A DNA stretch of 64,000 bases from Piromyces finnis finn (lineage: Eukaryota > Fungi > Neocallimastigomycota): assembly GCA_002104945.1 (NCBI GenBank), contig MCFH01000098.1:16598-80597 (forward strand), given 5' to 3'. The number at the start of each line of letters is the position of its first letter. The first letter of the stretch is position 1. Under the pieces are notes generated by a model. The model saw only the letters and a program-made list of their open reading frames with translations. It was not told the origin of the DNA and did not search any database. The position numbers and the translations under genes were made by a program. Positions 13,818-26,044 of this stretch are shown here, piece by piece.

Positions 13818-16800
13818 GAATCATGGAAATTAGTAACCTGTCTTAGTGGTTAGTAACTAAGACCTTGGTTTGTACTACCCGAGTTCGAAACATCATTAAT
13901 ATCTTTTTTTAATTATTAAAATATTTTATAACGAAATTTTACCAAAGAAGATAATTTCTGATTGGCTTAAAAAATTAAGTTGTAAAATTTTTATAAATTT
14001 ACTTTTAAAAATTTTTATATAAATATGAGTGAAATTTCTCAAAAAATTATTTTTAATTCGAGTTTTTATTAACAAAAAAATTTTATAATAAAAATAAAAT
14101 TATTAAACACTAACCTGTTATAATTTTGTTAAGTGTTCAATAATAAAATTTTTATTTGCTTTTATTATTTTTCTTTTTATATATTTGTGTTTTTATTTAT
14201 TGAACATTAGTTCTTTACAATAAAAACTCCTAAAATATATAATAACACCTTAGTGTTTAAAAAAGGAAGAATTTTTAATTTATTAAAAAATTAAGTAAGT
14301 CAGTGAAGCTTATTTTAACAATAAGGGTACTGAAAACAAAAGTAAAACCCACAGTTATTATAAGGGGAGCGACAGGACGCTTAATTTAATAATAAAGAAA
14401 AAATTCATTTTCTAATAAAACGTTTTCTACTTTTAATAAATAAAATTAAATTTTATTTATTATTTTTTGAAAAATATAATAAAATAACAAAGAAGTTAGG
14501 ATTCAATAACTCCCTTAGCGTGGATAGTTGGACACCTATACGTAATACTTTGTTGTTTAGATATTATTAATAATCGGGGAATTAAACCTATTTTTTTCTT
14601 TCCGCTTAATCAAGTAAGTGACAATAAAGAAACTAATACCGTTAATTCCTTTTATTGAAAATTTTCATTTCCAATATTAACAATTGATAATATCTACGTT
14701 ATCAACAAAGAGCTACAAGGGACCTAGTATTGAATACTAATAAAATTAAATATTTGATGGTCCAATACTATTTAATTTGACTCTTTGTCTATATATAAAA
14801 TATTTTAATCAATAAATAATAATAAAGATTTAATTTTTTTTTCCTTTCTTAATTTCTTCAAACATAACTTTATCTTATTTACATAATTTTTATTTTCAAA
14901 CAATTATATTTTTTTAATTTTAATGGAAGGACAAATATTTGATAACGCCTTACTAAAAGACGGTTTCGCAGGAGACAGAAAATATCTCAAAGGTTTCTTA
15001 GCCAAAATAGAACTTGTTTTTCTCCTTTATCCCGAAAGATATCAAGATGAAGAGAGCAAGGTTATCTACTTGATTTCTCGCCTTTATGGAAATGCATTAA
15101 ATTGGGCCGCTACGCTTATTGACAACCATGATCCATGTCTGACCAACTACCAAGCATTCAAGGAAAGACTAAAGGCGTTCTATGGGAACAATGATGCAGT
15201 CTACGTAGCCAATCAAATGCTACGTACTCTCAAGCAACATCGTTTGGGCGGCATCAGAGGATACATCCTTGAATTTAACAAATACTCTGATGAATCTAAC
15301 TGGAATGAAGAGGCTAAGATGGATGCTTTTATCGCTGGGCTCAATCAAGAAGTTGCAATGAAGATATTAGAGATGTTCCCAGGACCAAGAGATTTGTTTT
15401 CCCTCCAAACTATTGCAGCTAGAATAGACTCCAGACTTGCTACCAGGGGATTATTTTTTGACAAAAATTCTAAGGGACCAAGTTCTAATTCCAGCAATGG
15501 CTCCAGAAAGGCTTCCACAAATCTAAAAGAACATCCCAAGAAGAAAAGATACTTTGGTCCGTTATCCAAGGAAGAAAAAGAAAGAAGAAGTAAGGAAAAC
15601 TTATGTGTCTATTGTGGATCTCCAGGACACCAACTGAAAGATTGTCATAAGAGAAGAAATAAAAACTCAGCATTCGAATCTTTAGTTTCTCTACAAAATA
15701 ATTCTACCAATTCCAAGAAAAATCAACAAGATAGGGTAACCTCAGATTTTAAATTATCGTTTGAACTAGACACAAAAATTCTTATAGACTCCGTTTCTAC
15801 ACTTAATCTAATAGATGTCGACTATTGCAACGATCACAATATTCCCTACCACTATGAAGAAGATTTACCCAACGTATTCGGTATTGGTGGTAGCCAAAAA
15901 CTGTTCGGAGTTACTCCACTTCTTAATCTTCGCTACATGGATCACCTATGCCGTACTGTCTTTTACGTTACTGATCTACCTGTATATCCTTGTATTCTAG
16001 GTCTACGTTGGCTTAAGGAACATAATCCAAGTATTGACTTTGAAAATAATAAATTATCCTTTGGTTCTTCATATTGCTTGGATCATTGTATGACTCTCCC
16101 TTCGAATGTTCCCGAATTCCATCAGGAAACTTCTGTTTTTTCTACTGATTGCAATAACTCTTCTTCCGTTTCTTTGCCTATTTTTATTGACAAACCTAAA
16201 TCTTCTTTTTCAAATTCTAAGTTATCTCATTCTCGTAATCCCAAAGAAAATCGTTCTAAATCTGTCTTAATTAACAATGAATCTGTTAACGATCCTTTAT
16301 CACAAGAGACTTGTACTGTCATGGCTTCTAATATATCTCTTTCTAAAGTTGATTCTTGTTCACCAAAAAACTCTTTTAAAGACTCAAATCCTACTACTAA
16401 ACTTCCGAAGGAATTAGAATCATATATGGACGTCTTTAGCGAATCTTCTGCTGATCAATTACCACCTCATCGTCCTTATGATTGCCAAATAAACCTAATC
16501 GAAAATGCCAAGCTATTTTATGGACCAATCTACCCACTAACAGACGAAGAAACAAGAGTTTTGAAGGATTATATCGATGAAAACCTCAAAAAGGGTTTCA
16601 TTAGGAAATCCAAATCTCCTGCTGGTGCGCCTGTACTTTTCGTTCCTAAAAAGAATGGTGAACTCCGTCTTTGTCAAGATTATAGGGAACTCAACAAAAT
16701 TACCATTAGAGATTCCTATCCTCTACCTCTGATTCAAGATATGCTAGAGCATCTTGGTAAAGCGAAAATCTTCTCAAAATTGGATTTACGATCAGCATAT

Positions 16801-19390
16801 AATTTGGTCCGAATCAAAAAGGGTGATGAATATAAAACAGCTTTCACCTGCAAATTCGGCCACTTTGAATACCTGGTAATGCCATTCGGACTGAAAAACG
16901 CCCCGGCTGTTTTTCAGCATTTTATCAATGATGTTCTGGAAAATATTCTAGGGATTTTTGTTTATTCATATATTGACGATTTAATTATTTTTTCTGAAAA
17001 CCATAAATCCCACATTAAGCACGTTATCGAAGTCCTGGATCGCTTAAGAAATGCTGGTCTTTATGCTAAGCTTGAAAAGTGTGAATTCTTTGTTTCCTCT
17101 ATTGATTTCCTTGGTCATCGGATATCCTCTGAAGGTATACATATGGACCCCAATAAAGTTTCTGCTATTATTAATTGGCCAGTTCCGTCCAGTGTCAAGG
17201 AAGTTCAATCTTTTATTGGCCTAGCCAACTACTATCGTCGGTTTATTCCTAATTTTGCCAAAGTTGCACAACCCCTTCACAGACTACTTCGTAAAAACGT
17301 TAAATTTGATTTTTCCTCTGAAGCTCTTGATGCATTTAATACCATTAAATCATTAATTTCATCTGCTCCCATCCTGTCTCACCCAAATCGTGATCTTCCC
17401 TTTATTGTTGAAACCGACTCTAGCAACTTTGCTATAGGAGCAGTTCTGTCTCAAAAATCTCCTGATGATAAAATGATCCATCCTGTCGCTTTCTATTCAA
17501 GATCTCTTACTTCCGCTGAAAGAAACTATCCTATATACGATAAAGAACTTTTAGCTATTGTTAATGCTCTTGAAACTTGGCGACATTTTCTCAAAGGTGC
17601 TTTAACCCCGTTTACTATTTATTCAGATCATCGAAACTTACTATATCAAAAGAAACCGGAAAAAATGTCACAACGTCTCGTTCGTTGGGCCCTTTTCCTT
17701 TCCGAATTTAACTTTAAAATTCTCTACCGCTCTGGTTCATCAAATGGTAAACCTGATGCGCTTTCACGAAGACCTGATTATATAGATTCCTCTCTTCCTT
17801 CTGATGCTCCTTTTTCGGTTTTACGCCCTGAGAATTTCTGCGCTTTGATTTGTTCCATTTCTTCTCTTAATGATGAAATATTATCTGAATATGTGAACGA
17901 CTCTTTTTACATTGACATTTGCAATTTTCTTGAAAATAAGAATCTCCCAGCTCCACATCCACAAAGTAATAAATTCTCCCTTAGTAATAGTTTTCTTCTT
18001 TTTGATAGTAGAATCTATGTCCCTTTAAAATGCCGTCCCTCCGTTTTGAAACTCTGTCATGATTCCCCCTCTGCCGGTCATTTTGGTATCCGCAAAACTA
18101 TTTCTTTGATCTCTCGTGACTTTTGGTGGCCATCCATTTCTATTGATGTTAAGAATTATATCCGATCTTGCGAGATTTGTTGCCGCTCCAAGCCTTCTCG
18201 TCATAAACCATATGGTTTACTTCAACCCCTTGAGATTAGTGACCATCCTTGGGCTTCTATTTCTATGGATTTCATTACTGACCTCCCTCCTTCGGATGGA
18301 TTTAACACTATTCTTGTTGTAGTTGACCGCCTTACTAAAATGTGCCACCTCATTCCCTTTAAAGGTATTCCTTCTGCTTCTGATACTGCTTTTGCTTTTT
18401 TGAATTATATTTTCAAAATTCACGGTCTCCCCTCTGAAATTATTTCCGATAGAGGCGCGCAATTCACTTCGAAATTTTGGAAATCTATTTGTCAATCTTT
18501 GGACGTCAATGTTAAATATTCTTCACCATATCATCATCAATCCAATGGCCAAACGGAGAGGGTAAACTCCGTTGTTGAACAATATTTAAGATGCTTTTCT
18601 AATTATAAAGGAACAAACTGGATCAACTTTCTTCCATTGGCAGAATTCAGTTACAATAATGCTGTTCAAGACTCAACAAAATTCTCACCATTCTTCCTAA
18701 ATTATGGTTATCACCCAAAATACTCTCCGGTAATTCCTGACCAAACGAATGTTCCAAGAGCTGAAGAGTTTACAAGAGACTTTGAAGACCTAATGGAGAA
18801 ACTAAAAGAAAACTTAAAGAAGGCCATCCAAGTTCAAAAGAAATATGCCGACAAGTATAGACAAGAACCTCCGACATTCAAGACTGGTGACAAAGTATGG
18901 TTGGATAGCTCCTTGATAATTCATAAAGGAAATAAAAAATTTAATCCTAGGAAACTTGGCCCGTTTAGGATAATTAGTAAAATCTCTAATCTCACTTATA
19001 AATTAGAATTACCAAAATCGCTGAAGATTTACCCAATTGTTCATGTTTCAAACCTAGAACCGTATTATGAAGATAGTTTTGGAAGAATCAAAGATCCACC
19101 TCCACCTATAATAGTAAATGAAGAAGAAGAATACGAAGTAGAAGAAATACTTGATAAAAGAAAGCATTATGGGAAGATTCAATATCTAATAAAATGGAAA
19201 GGTTATCCGCTTTCAGAAGCATCTTGGGAACCTGAAAGTAATTTAAACTGCGATGAACTAATTAAAAACTTTAATAATTCACATTAGTAATAGTTATTAA
19301 TTTAAAAAAAAATTAGTAATTGATAAGAGAAAAAGAGAATAGAAAATAGAAAATAGAAAATGAAAAAATATATTTATAATTTAATATTCA

Positions 19391-19432
<42 letters not shown>

Positions 19433-19939
19433 TTCAAAATGTATTCACTCGTTTCAATTATTTCTTTTATAATAAAGTAACAAATGAATTTAGTTGATTC
19501 GTCTGGTATCCGAATCCTGGAGGAGGACCATGTAACGAATCATAGAAATTAGTAACCTGTCTTAGTGGTTAGTAACTAAGACCTTGGTTTGAACTACTCG
19601 AGTTCGAAACCTCATTAATATCTTTTTTTTAATTATTAAAATATTTTATAACGAAATTTTACCAAAGAAGATAATTTCTGATTGGCTTAAAAAATTAAGT
19701 TGTAAAATTTTTATAAATTTACTTTTAAAAACATTTATATAAATACGAGTGAAATTTCTCAAAAAATTATTTGGAATTCGAGTTTTTATTAACAAAGAAA
19801 TTTTATAATAAAAATAAAATTATTAAACACTAACCTGTTATAATTTTGTTAAGTGTTCAATAATAAAATTTTTATTTGCTTTTATTATTTTCCTTTTTAT
19901 ATATTTGTGTTTTTATTTATTGAACATTAGTTCTTTACA
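13818..19939 (+). mobile_element. Chromovirus B1: 5-prime LTR 13818-14219 (first 6 nt missing), PBS 14220-14229, PPT 19519-19530, 3-prime LTR 19531-19939
   Basis: 409-bp TGTAACG..CTTTACA LTR family. About a dozen differences between the two LTRs. Confidence 0.93.
14923..19287 (+). CDS. gag-pol: B1 Gag-Pol, 1454 aa single ORF (gag, CCHC knuckle, protease with DSV variant, RT, RNaseH, integrase, chromodomain)
   Basis: [67 protein letters not shown]. Confidence 0.96.
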   Translation: MEGQIFDNALLKDGFAGDRKYLKGFLAKIELVFLLYPERYQDEESKVIYLISRLYGNALNWAATLIDNHDPCLTNYQAFKERLKAFYGNNDAVYVANQMLRTLKQHRLGGIRGYILEFNKYSDESNWNEEAKMDAFIAGLNQEVAMKILEMFPGPRDLFSLQTIAARIDSRLATRGLFFDKNSKGPSSNSSNGSRKASTNLKEHPKKKRYFGPLSKEEKERRSKENLCVYCGSPGHQLKDCHKRRNKNSAFESLVSLQNNSTNSKKNQQDRVTSDFKLSFELDTKILIDSVSTLNLIDVDYCNDHNIPYHYEEDLPNVFGIGGSQKLFGVTPLLNLRYMDHLCRTVFYVTDLPVYPCILGLRWLKEHNPSIDFENNKLSFGSSYCLDHCMTLPSNVPEFHQETSVFSTDCNNSSSVSLPIFIDKPKSSFSNSKLSHSRNPKENRSKSVLINNESVNDPLSQETCTVMASNISLSKVDSCSPKNSFKDSNPTTKLPKELESYMDVFSESSADQLPPHRPYDCQINLIENAKLFYGPIYPLTDEETRVLKDYIDENLKKGFIRKSKSPAGAPVLFVPKKNGELRLCQDYRELNKITIRDSYPLPLIQDMLEHLGKAKIFSKLDLRSAYNLVRIKKGDEYKTAFTCKFGHFEYLVMPFGLKNAPAVFQHFINDVLENILGIFVYSYIDDLIIFSENHKSHIKHVIEVLDRLRNAGLYAKLEKCEFFVSSIDFLGHRISSEGIHMDPNKVSAIINWPVPSSVKEVQSFIGLANYYRRFIPNFAKVAQPLHRLLRKNVKFDFSSEALDAFNTIKSLISSAPILSHPNRDLPFIVETDSSNFAIGAVLSQKSPDDKMIHPVAFYSRSLTSAERNYPIYDKELLAIVNALETWRHFLKGALTPFTIYSDHRNLLYQKKPEKMSQRLVRWALFLSEFNFKILYRSGSSNGKPDALSRRPDYIDSSLPSDAPFSVLRPENFCALICSISSLNDEILSEYVNDSFYIDICNFLENKNLPAPHPQSNKFSLSNSFLLFDSRIYVPLKCRPSVLKLCHDSPSAGHFGIRKTISLISRDFWWPSISIDVKNYIRSCEICCRSKPSRHKPYGLLQPLEISDHPWASISMDFITDLPPSDGFNTILVVVDRLTKMCHLIPFKGIPSASDTAFAFLNYIFKIHGLPSEIISDRGAQFTSKFWKSICQSLDVNVKYSSPYHHQSNGQTERVNSVVEQYLRCFSNYKGTNWINFLPLAEFSYNNAVQDSTKFSPFFLNYGYHPKYSPVIPDQTNVPRAEEFTRDFEDLMEKLKENLKKAIQVQKKYADKYRQEPPTFKTGDKVWLDSSLIIHKGNKKFNPRKLGPFRIISKISNLTYKLELPKSLKIYPIVHVSNLEPYYEDSFGRIKDPPPPIIVNEEEEYEVEEILDKRKHYGKIQYLIKWKGYPLSEASWEPESNLNCDELIKNFNNSH

Positions 19940-20049
19940 TTGAGATTGAAATTGAAATTGTGTTTGTTGTAGATCTGGAGTATTTTCATTTTGGAGATAT
20001 TGTTGAAGATCTGAATGTTGATGAGATTGTTGATGAGATTGTTGAGTTG

Positions 20050-20389
20050 TGTAAAGATATCAAACGCCAGAGATTGATATCTTTAATGTAACTTAAGCCA
20101 TAAATATTATTGTTTAAGTTACACGAATTATATTACAGAAAAAGAAAATGGGACATAATTTATTTATTAATAATTAAAGTTTAAAACAAAATAAATTATT
20201 AATTTATTTTTAATGTTTAACAAATAAATTAAAATTCTCAATTCAAACCCCTAGTTTTAGTATTGTTTTGTAATAGAAATAGACATCTAGTATATAATTA
20301 TTAAATGTTTAATATATCAATAATACATGGCACATATTCAAATCGAATGGTATTTGATTTGAATTGCCAATTGTATTTTACTAAAAATA
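20050..20389 (+). repeat. Partial family D LTR (D4), inverted relative to D1 and D3
   Basis: Reverse complement of about 20671-21010 with about 2 mismatches. Starts TGTAAAGATATC and has no PPT in front. Confidence 0.9.
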
Positions 20390-21046
20390 TGTAATGCTGT
20401 GTAAAGTCGAACACTTGAAGAATAGATTAGGATATCTATTCTATTACAATAACACTAAAAATCTAAATAAAATTGTTTTATTAAAAAATATCTTTTATTA
20501 TAATAGAAATTATATTAATAACAATTACATCGATAAAATGATGAAAAATATCTTCTATTTATATTTTTCCTAAATACATTTATATTATATTATAACTATT
20601 TATTTCTTCTATATTATTATTTAAAATCTACACTAAAATCTTAATTATTAATAAATATTTAGACTATAACTATTTTTAGTAAAATACAATTGGCAATTCA
20701 AATCAAATACCATTCGATTTGAATATGTGCCATGTATTATTGATATATTAAACATTTAATAATTATATACTAGATGTCTATTTCTATTACAAAACAATAC
20801 TAAAACTAGGGGTTTGAATTGAGAATTTTAATTTATTTGTTAAACATTAAGAATAAATTAATAATTTATTTTGTTTTAAACTTTAATTATTAATAAATAA
20901 ATTATGTCCCATTTTCTTTTTCTGTAATATAATTCGTGTAACTTAAACAATAATATTTATGGCTTAAGTTACATTAAAGATATCAATCTGTGGCGTTTGA
21001 TATCTTTACAATCTCTCTCTATAAGTCGAGCTCCTGCGAGATTAAT

Positions 21047-24000
21047 TTATAAAGAATCCTTTCTCGAAGGAATTTCAATTACAAATGGTTGGTATCTATG
21101 CTTAATTAGATTACCAACTTTATTCTTTCTTATTCTCATGGAGGAGTCATTCGACTTATGTTTTGACTTTTTAGAGTTTCTTTCGAACTCTTGTATTAAT
21201 TGTTTGTCCGGGATCTGATCTTCAGAAACCCAAGTGGATTTATCAAATCCTTTCCACGATAACTTATAAAATGTTTCACCATTAACAGATTTCATCTTTT
21301 CAATTTTCTCTGGAATTTTTTCAATTAAATCTGTGTTAAGATGAATATTTCTTTTACTACTATTAGACCTATCTATAAACTCGTTTTCAAAGTATGGTTC
21401 TAACAATGAGACATGAAAGACTGGATGACATCTCATTGTCTTTGGGAGTTTCAATTTCAAAGCGAGAGAACTAACTTTTTCAATTATTTCAAATGGACCA
21501 AGCATTTGAGGTGCTAATTTCTTCTTCAAGTTAGTTCCCGGAGAATCTTTCAATAACCATACCTTCTTTCCCACTTCAAATTCCGGGGGACTCATTCTTT
21601 TCATATCGTCATATTTCTTATATGTTTCTTTTGCTTTTTCTAAGTTTTCTTTTAATAATTTAAAGTTTTTATTCATATCAATTACTCTTTGTTCAGCTCT
21701 ACTAGGTCTATCATTAGCCGGGATTTCCAAGCTGAACTTTGGATGAAAACCATAATTAGCAAAGAATGGGGATTGATTTATAGATTGCTGTAAAGTGTTA
21801 TTATATGCAAATTCAGCAAATGGAATAAGATCAACCCAGTTATTCTGCTTCTTATTGATAAAACAACGGAAATATTGTTCTAATATGCCGTTCACCCTCT
21901 CCGTTTGACCATCTGTCTGCGGATGGTTAGCAGTTGACAATGAATGATTGATATTAAGAAGGTCACAAAGTCTTGACCAGAAATCAGAAGTAAATTGCGA
22001 GCCTCTATCAGAAATAATGGAATCAGGAAGACCATGCAAACGGAAGACATTGGCAATAAAAGCATCAGCAGCAATTGAAGCAGTAGGAAGACAACGTAAA
22101 GGAATGGCGTGAGCAAATTTAGTAAATCTATCGACAACAACCATAAGTGTAGTCATATCTCTGGACTTAGGAAGATCAACAATAAAGTCGATAGAGATAT
22201 CAGACCAAGGTCTACTAGGAGTGTCCAAAGGGGATAACAATCCATAAGGCTTATGTCTAGGGACTTTGGATTTGCAACAAGTCACGCAAGATTTAATAAA
22301 GGATTTAACATCTGAATGAAATCTTGGCCACCAAAAGTTTCTTGAAATAAGTTCGACGGTTTTCTTAATGCCGAAATGGCCAGCAGCAACAGAATCATGA
22401 TGGAGTTCCAAAACTCTAGTCCTAAGAGATTTAGGAACATAAATAAGATTGCTAAATAACAAAAATCCTTCACCATCAATAATAACTTTATCAATATTTT
22501 TAATAGGTGCATTACTTGTAGAACCATTCATTTTAAATTGGACAATGGAATTATATAAATCGTCATTTTTAAGTTCTGATAAAATAGAATCTATTAAAGG
22601 TTTGTTATCGTTATGATGAAGTGAAATTGTAAGACAAGAAACATTAGAGTTAATATCATTCACTAAATGATCACTTCTACGAGACAGAATGTCAGGCTTA
22701 CCAGATTTCTTCCCAGCTCTATAGATGAGTTTAAAGTCAAATCTGGATAAGAACAAATTCCATCTAATTTGTCTCTGAGATAACATTTCAGGTTTTCTAG
22801 GAAATGTTAAGTTCTTGTGATCGGTATAAATTATGAACTGGTGGCGTGCACCCTCTAAGTAATGACGCCATTCTTCAAGAGCAACTATAATGGCTAAAAG
22901 TTCTTTGTCATATATAGGATAGTTTCTTTGACAACTCGTCAAACTTTTAGAAAGAAATGCAATGGGATGTAATTTGCCGTCAAACTCTTGAGAGAGAATA
23001 GCACCGACAGCATAATTACTAGCATCAGTTTCTACAATAAATTGTTTATTACTATCCGCATGTTTCAGAATAGGAGCTGACGTGAACAAAGTTTTTAATA
23101 AAATAAAAGCGTCCTGATCTTCTTTCACCCAGTCAAAAGCAACATTTTTTCTAGTGAGTTTGTGAAGAGGGTTTGCAATTTTAGCAAAGTCTTTAATAAA
23201 AATTCTGTAATAGTTGCATAAACCAATAAAAGACTGAACCTCTTTAACATTCTTAGGAATCGGCCAATCGAGAATTGCTTTAACTTTATTCTCGTCCATT
23301 TGCAACCCATCTTTTGAAATGACATAACCAAGAAAAGTAGTTTTTTCAACATCAAACTCACATTTTTCTAATTTAACATAGAGATTATTATCAAGGAGTT
23401 TCTTAAGTACTTTTTTAACATGCTCATGATGCTCTTCGATATTATTAGAATAAATAAGGATATCATCAATATACGAGATAACAAAATCGTCTAAGTAATC
23501 ACTGAGAACATCGTTAATAAAGTGTTGAAAAGTTGCAGGTGCATTCTTTAATCCAAAAGGCATAACTAGATATTCATAATGACCATACCTAGTACGAAAA
23601 GCTGTTTTGTATTCGTCACCTTCTTTAATACGAATAAGATTATAAGCAGATTTGAGATCTAATTTAGTGAAAATCTTAGCATTTTTCACTCTTTCCAGAA
23701 GGTCACTAATTAAAGGTAAAGGATATGAATTACGAATGGTAATGTCATTCAACTTTCTATAATCAATACAAAGTCTCAGGGAGCCATCCTTCTTTTTAAC
23801 AAACAAAATTGGAGCCCCTGCAGGAGACGATGATTTCCTAATAAAACCCTTATTTAAATTTTCATCTATATATTTTTTAAGTTCCTCTCTTTCAACTTCA
23901 GTTAATGGATACAAGGGTCCATAAAATAAAGTTGAATCATCCTTAAGCTTGATTTCACAATCATAAGGTCTATGAGGAGGTAACACTTCACAATTTTTTT

Positions 24001-25690
24001 CGTTAAACACTTCTAAAAATTCAATATATTCGGATGGTACGGTGACCATTTTTTCTTTATTTAATTCATTATTCTTAATCTTTGTTTCTATTAAACTAAG
24101 ACTATTTTCATTACATTCATAATTACATTTATTATTACTATTACATGTTTCACTAATTTTACTAATTATACATTTAACTTTTTTATTATAATTGTCTCCG
24201 TCATCTTCGCTGTCTTCTTCATCATTAATAGTTCTTACTAGGCGTCCTCTAACGTACTCCTTGTCTTCATTATTCGAGATGTTTGCATTATCCGAGAGAC
24301 CGATGGATTTAGCCGATTTTTTCATAATACTTTTGTCGAGGACTTCATGGTCTAATTCGTCCTTCTTAGATTTCTTCTTACTTTTTCTATTTCTTTTCCC
24401 ATGGTTACAGTGTCTAGCGCAATATCCCGAACTAAAATTGATTTTCTTGGAATCATAAAAAGCCTCAGGATTGTGCTTTTTAATCCATGGTAGTCCAAGA
24501 ATTACGTCGACACCAGGAACCTTTAAACTATATAATTGAATAGTTTCAAAATGATTTCTACATCTTAATATGCACTTTTCACTCCGTTCCATTACACAAG
24601 AAATCCCATCGTTAACTCCTGAAACTCGGAAAGGCTCAACAGTTTCAAAATGAATTCCAATTTCTTTAGCAAGTTCAGGATTAATAAAACTTAATTCGGA
24701 TCCTGAATCAACTAACACTCTAACTTTAACTTCCGGAATATTGTTTGTACTTAAATAAAAATCGATAATATTTACGTCTTTTTTGCTATCCATGACTCCC
24801 ACTTTATAAATCCTTGGATTAGCAATTCTAGGAGTCTTTTCCTTAATAATCCGGAATACTCTTTTTGGTTTAACTCTATTAGGACAATTGAATTTCAAAT
24901 GTCCTGGTTTCTTTCAAAGAAAACAAACAGTCTTTTTTCTTTCTTTTTCAAAATTATTTGATCTCTCCTCATAACGACCGCTGGATCCTTGAATGTTGAT
25001 ATAACGCTTACGTTTCCTATCCGCACTAATTTTAAAAACATCAACATCCATAGGATCTCCCGCAATCCTATTGTTAAAATAGAATTCACTTAAAGAATTT
25101 CTTTTCATCATATCTTCAACCAAAATTGTTGAAGATATTAACTGTTCCATTGAATTTGGATTGGTTTCAACAAAAGCCAACTTTTCTCTTAAATGTGGGT
25201 TTAAACCTTTCAGAAACATATAGATCTTTGCACTTTCATTAAAGTTTGAATTTTGGCTTATTCTTTGAAACTCGGTAATATAATCAACAACATATCCAAG
25301 TTTTTTTTGTCGGATGTTGTCTAATTTACCATTCGCAACAACAGTATCATAACGGTCACATCCGAAATTAGCCCTCAAACGATCTATAAATTCATCATAA
25401 TTGTTTAATATCCCACTATTATTCCGCATTAGTGATGAAGCCCATTCCAACGGTTTCCCAGAGAAGTAGGAAATAACGAAGTCAACCCGGACGCGATCTG
25501 TATTATACAGTGCCGGTCGAGTTCGGAAAACCAATTCCACTCTGGTTAAAAAACCATCTAATTCCCTTTGCCTACCAGTGAATAATGGTGGAGCATTAAT
25601 AATGCTTCCATGATTCCCAGCAGCATTCTCCATTCTATCCGTCATTTCCTCCAAATTCCAATTATCAAATATATTTATTAATTCCTCCAA
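21047..25690 (-). pseudogene. gag-pol: D1 Gag-Pol, one reading frame broken by a nonsense codon in the CCHC knuckle
   Basis: ORFs 24914-25690 and 21047-24898 are in frame. TGA at 24914-24916 replaces the TGT Cys seen in D2 (CFLCKQPGH). Confidence 0.9.
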
Positions 25691-25760
25691 TTCACCAACT
25701 AGACACTAAATGAAAAATTAAGATTACCGATTGTTTCCTGCTACTATTACAAGCAAGTAA

Positions 25761-25791
<31 letters not shown>

Positions 25792-25888
25792 CAAAGTAAC
25801 TAAAGAAAAATCTATACTAAAACGTTGCTTCAGACTCTCTCTGTATGTTACAGTGTCGAGCAAGATAATAGAATAAATTTATAAAAAT

Positions 25889-26044
25889 GGTAGCTCACAA
25901 AGACACTAGTAGTTATCCAAGATATCCGGTAGTTCCAAAAGATATCAGTAGTTATCCAAAATATCTGGTAGTTCCAAAAGATATCAGTAGTTATCCAAAA
26001 TATCTGGTAGTTCCCAAAGTTATCAGTAGTTATCCAAGATATCC
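25889..26044. repeat. About 4 x 39-bp tandem repeat in the D1 leader
   Basis: Unit GGTAGTTCCAAAAGATATCAGTAGTTATCCAAAATATCT. Confidence 0.9.

Noticed and set aside
20675-21010. Gene conversion of the D1 3-prime LTR by the inverted D4 copy
   Set aside because: More simply explained by D1 and D4 being one subfamily, with the D1 5-prime LTR being the recombinant with D3.
24895-24920. Programmed readthrough or frameshift between D gag and pol
   Set aside because: D1 breaks by TGT>TGA inside the zinc knuckle, and D2 breaks elsewhere by a 1-nt homopolymer deletion. Different lesions indicate one continuous ancestral ORF.
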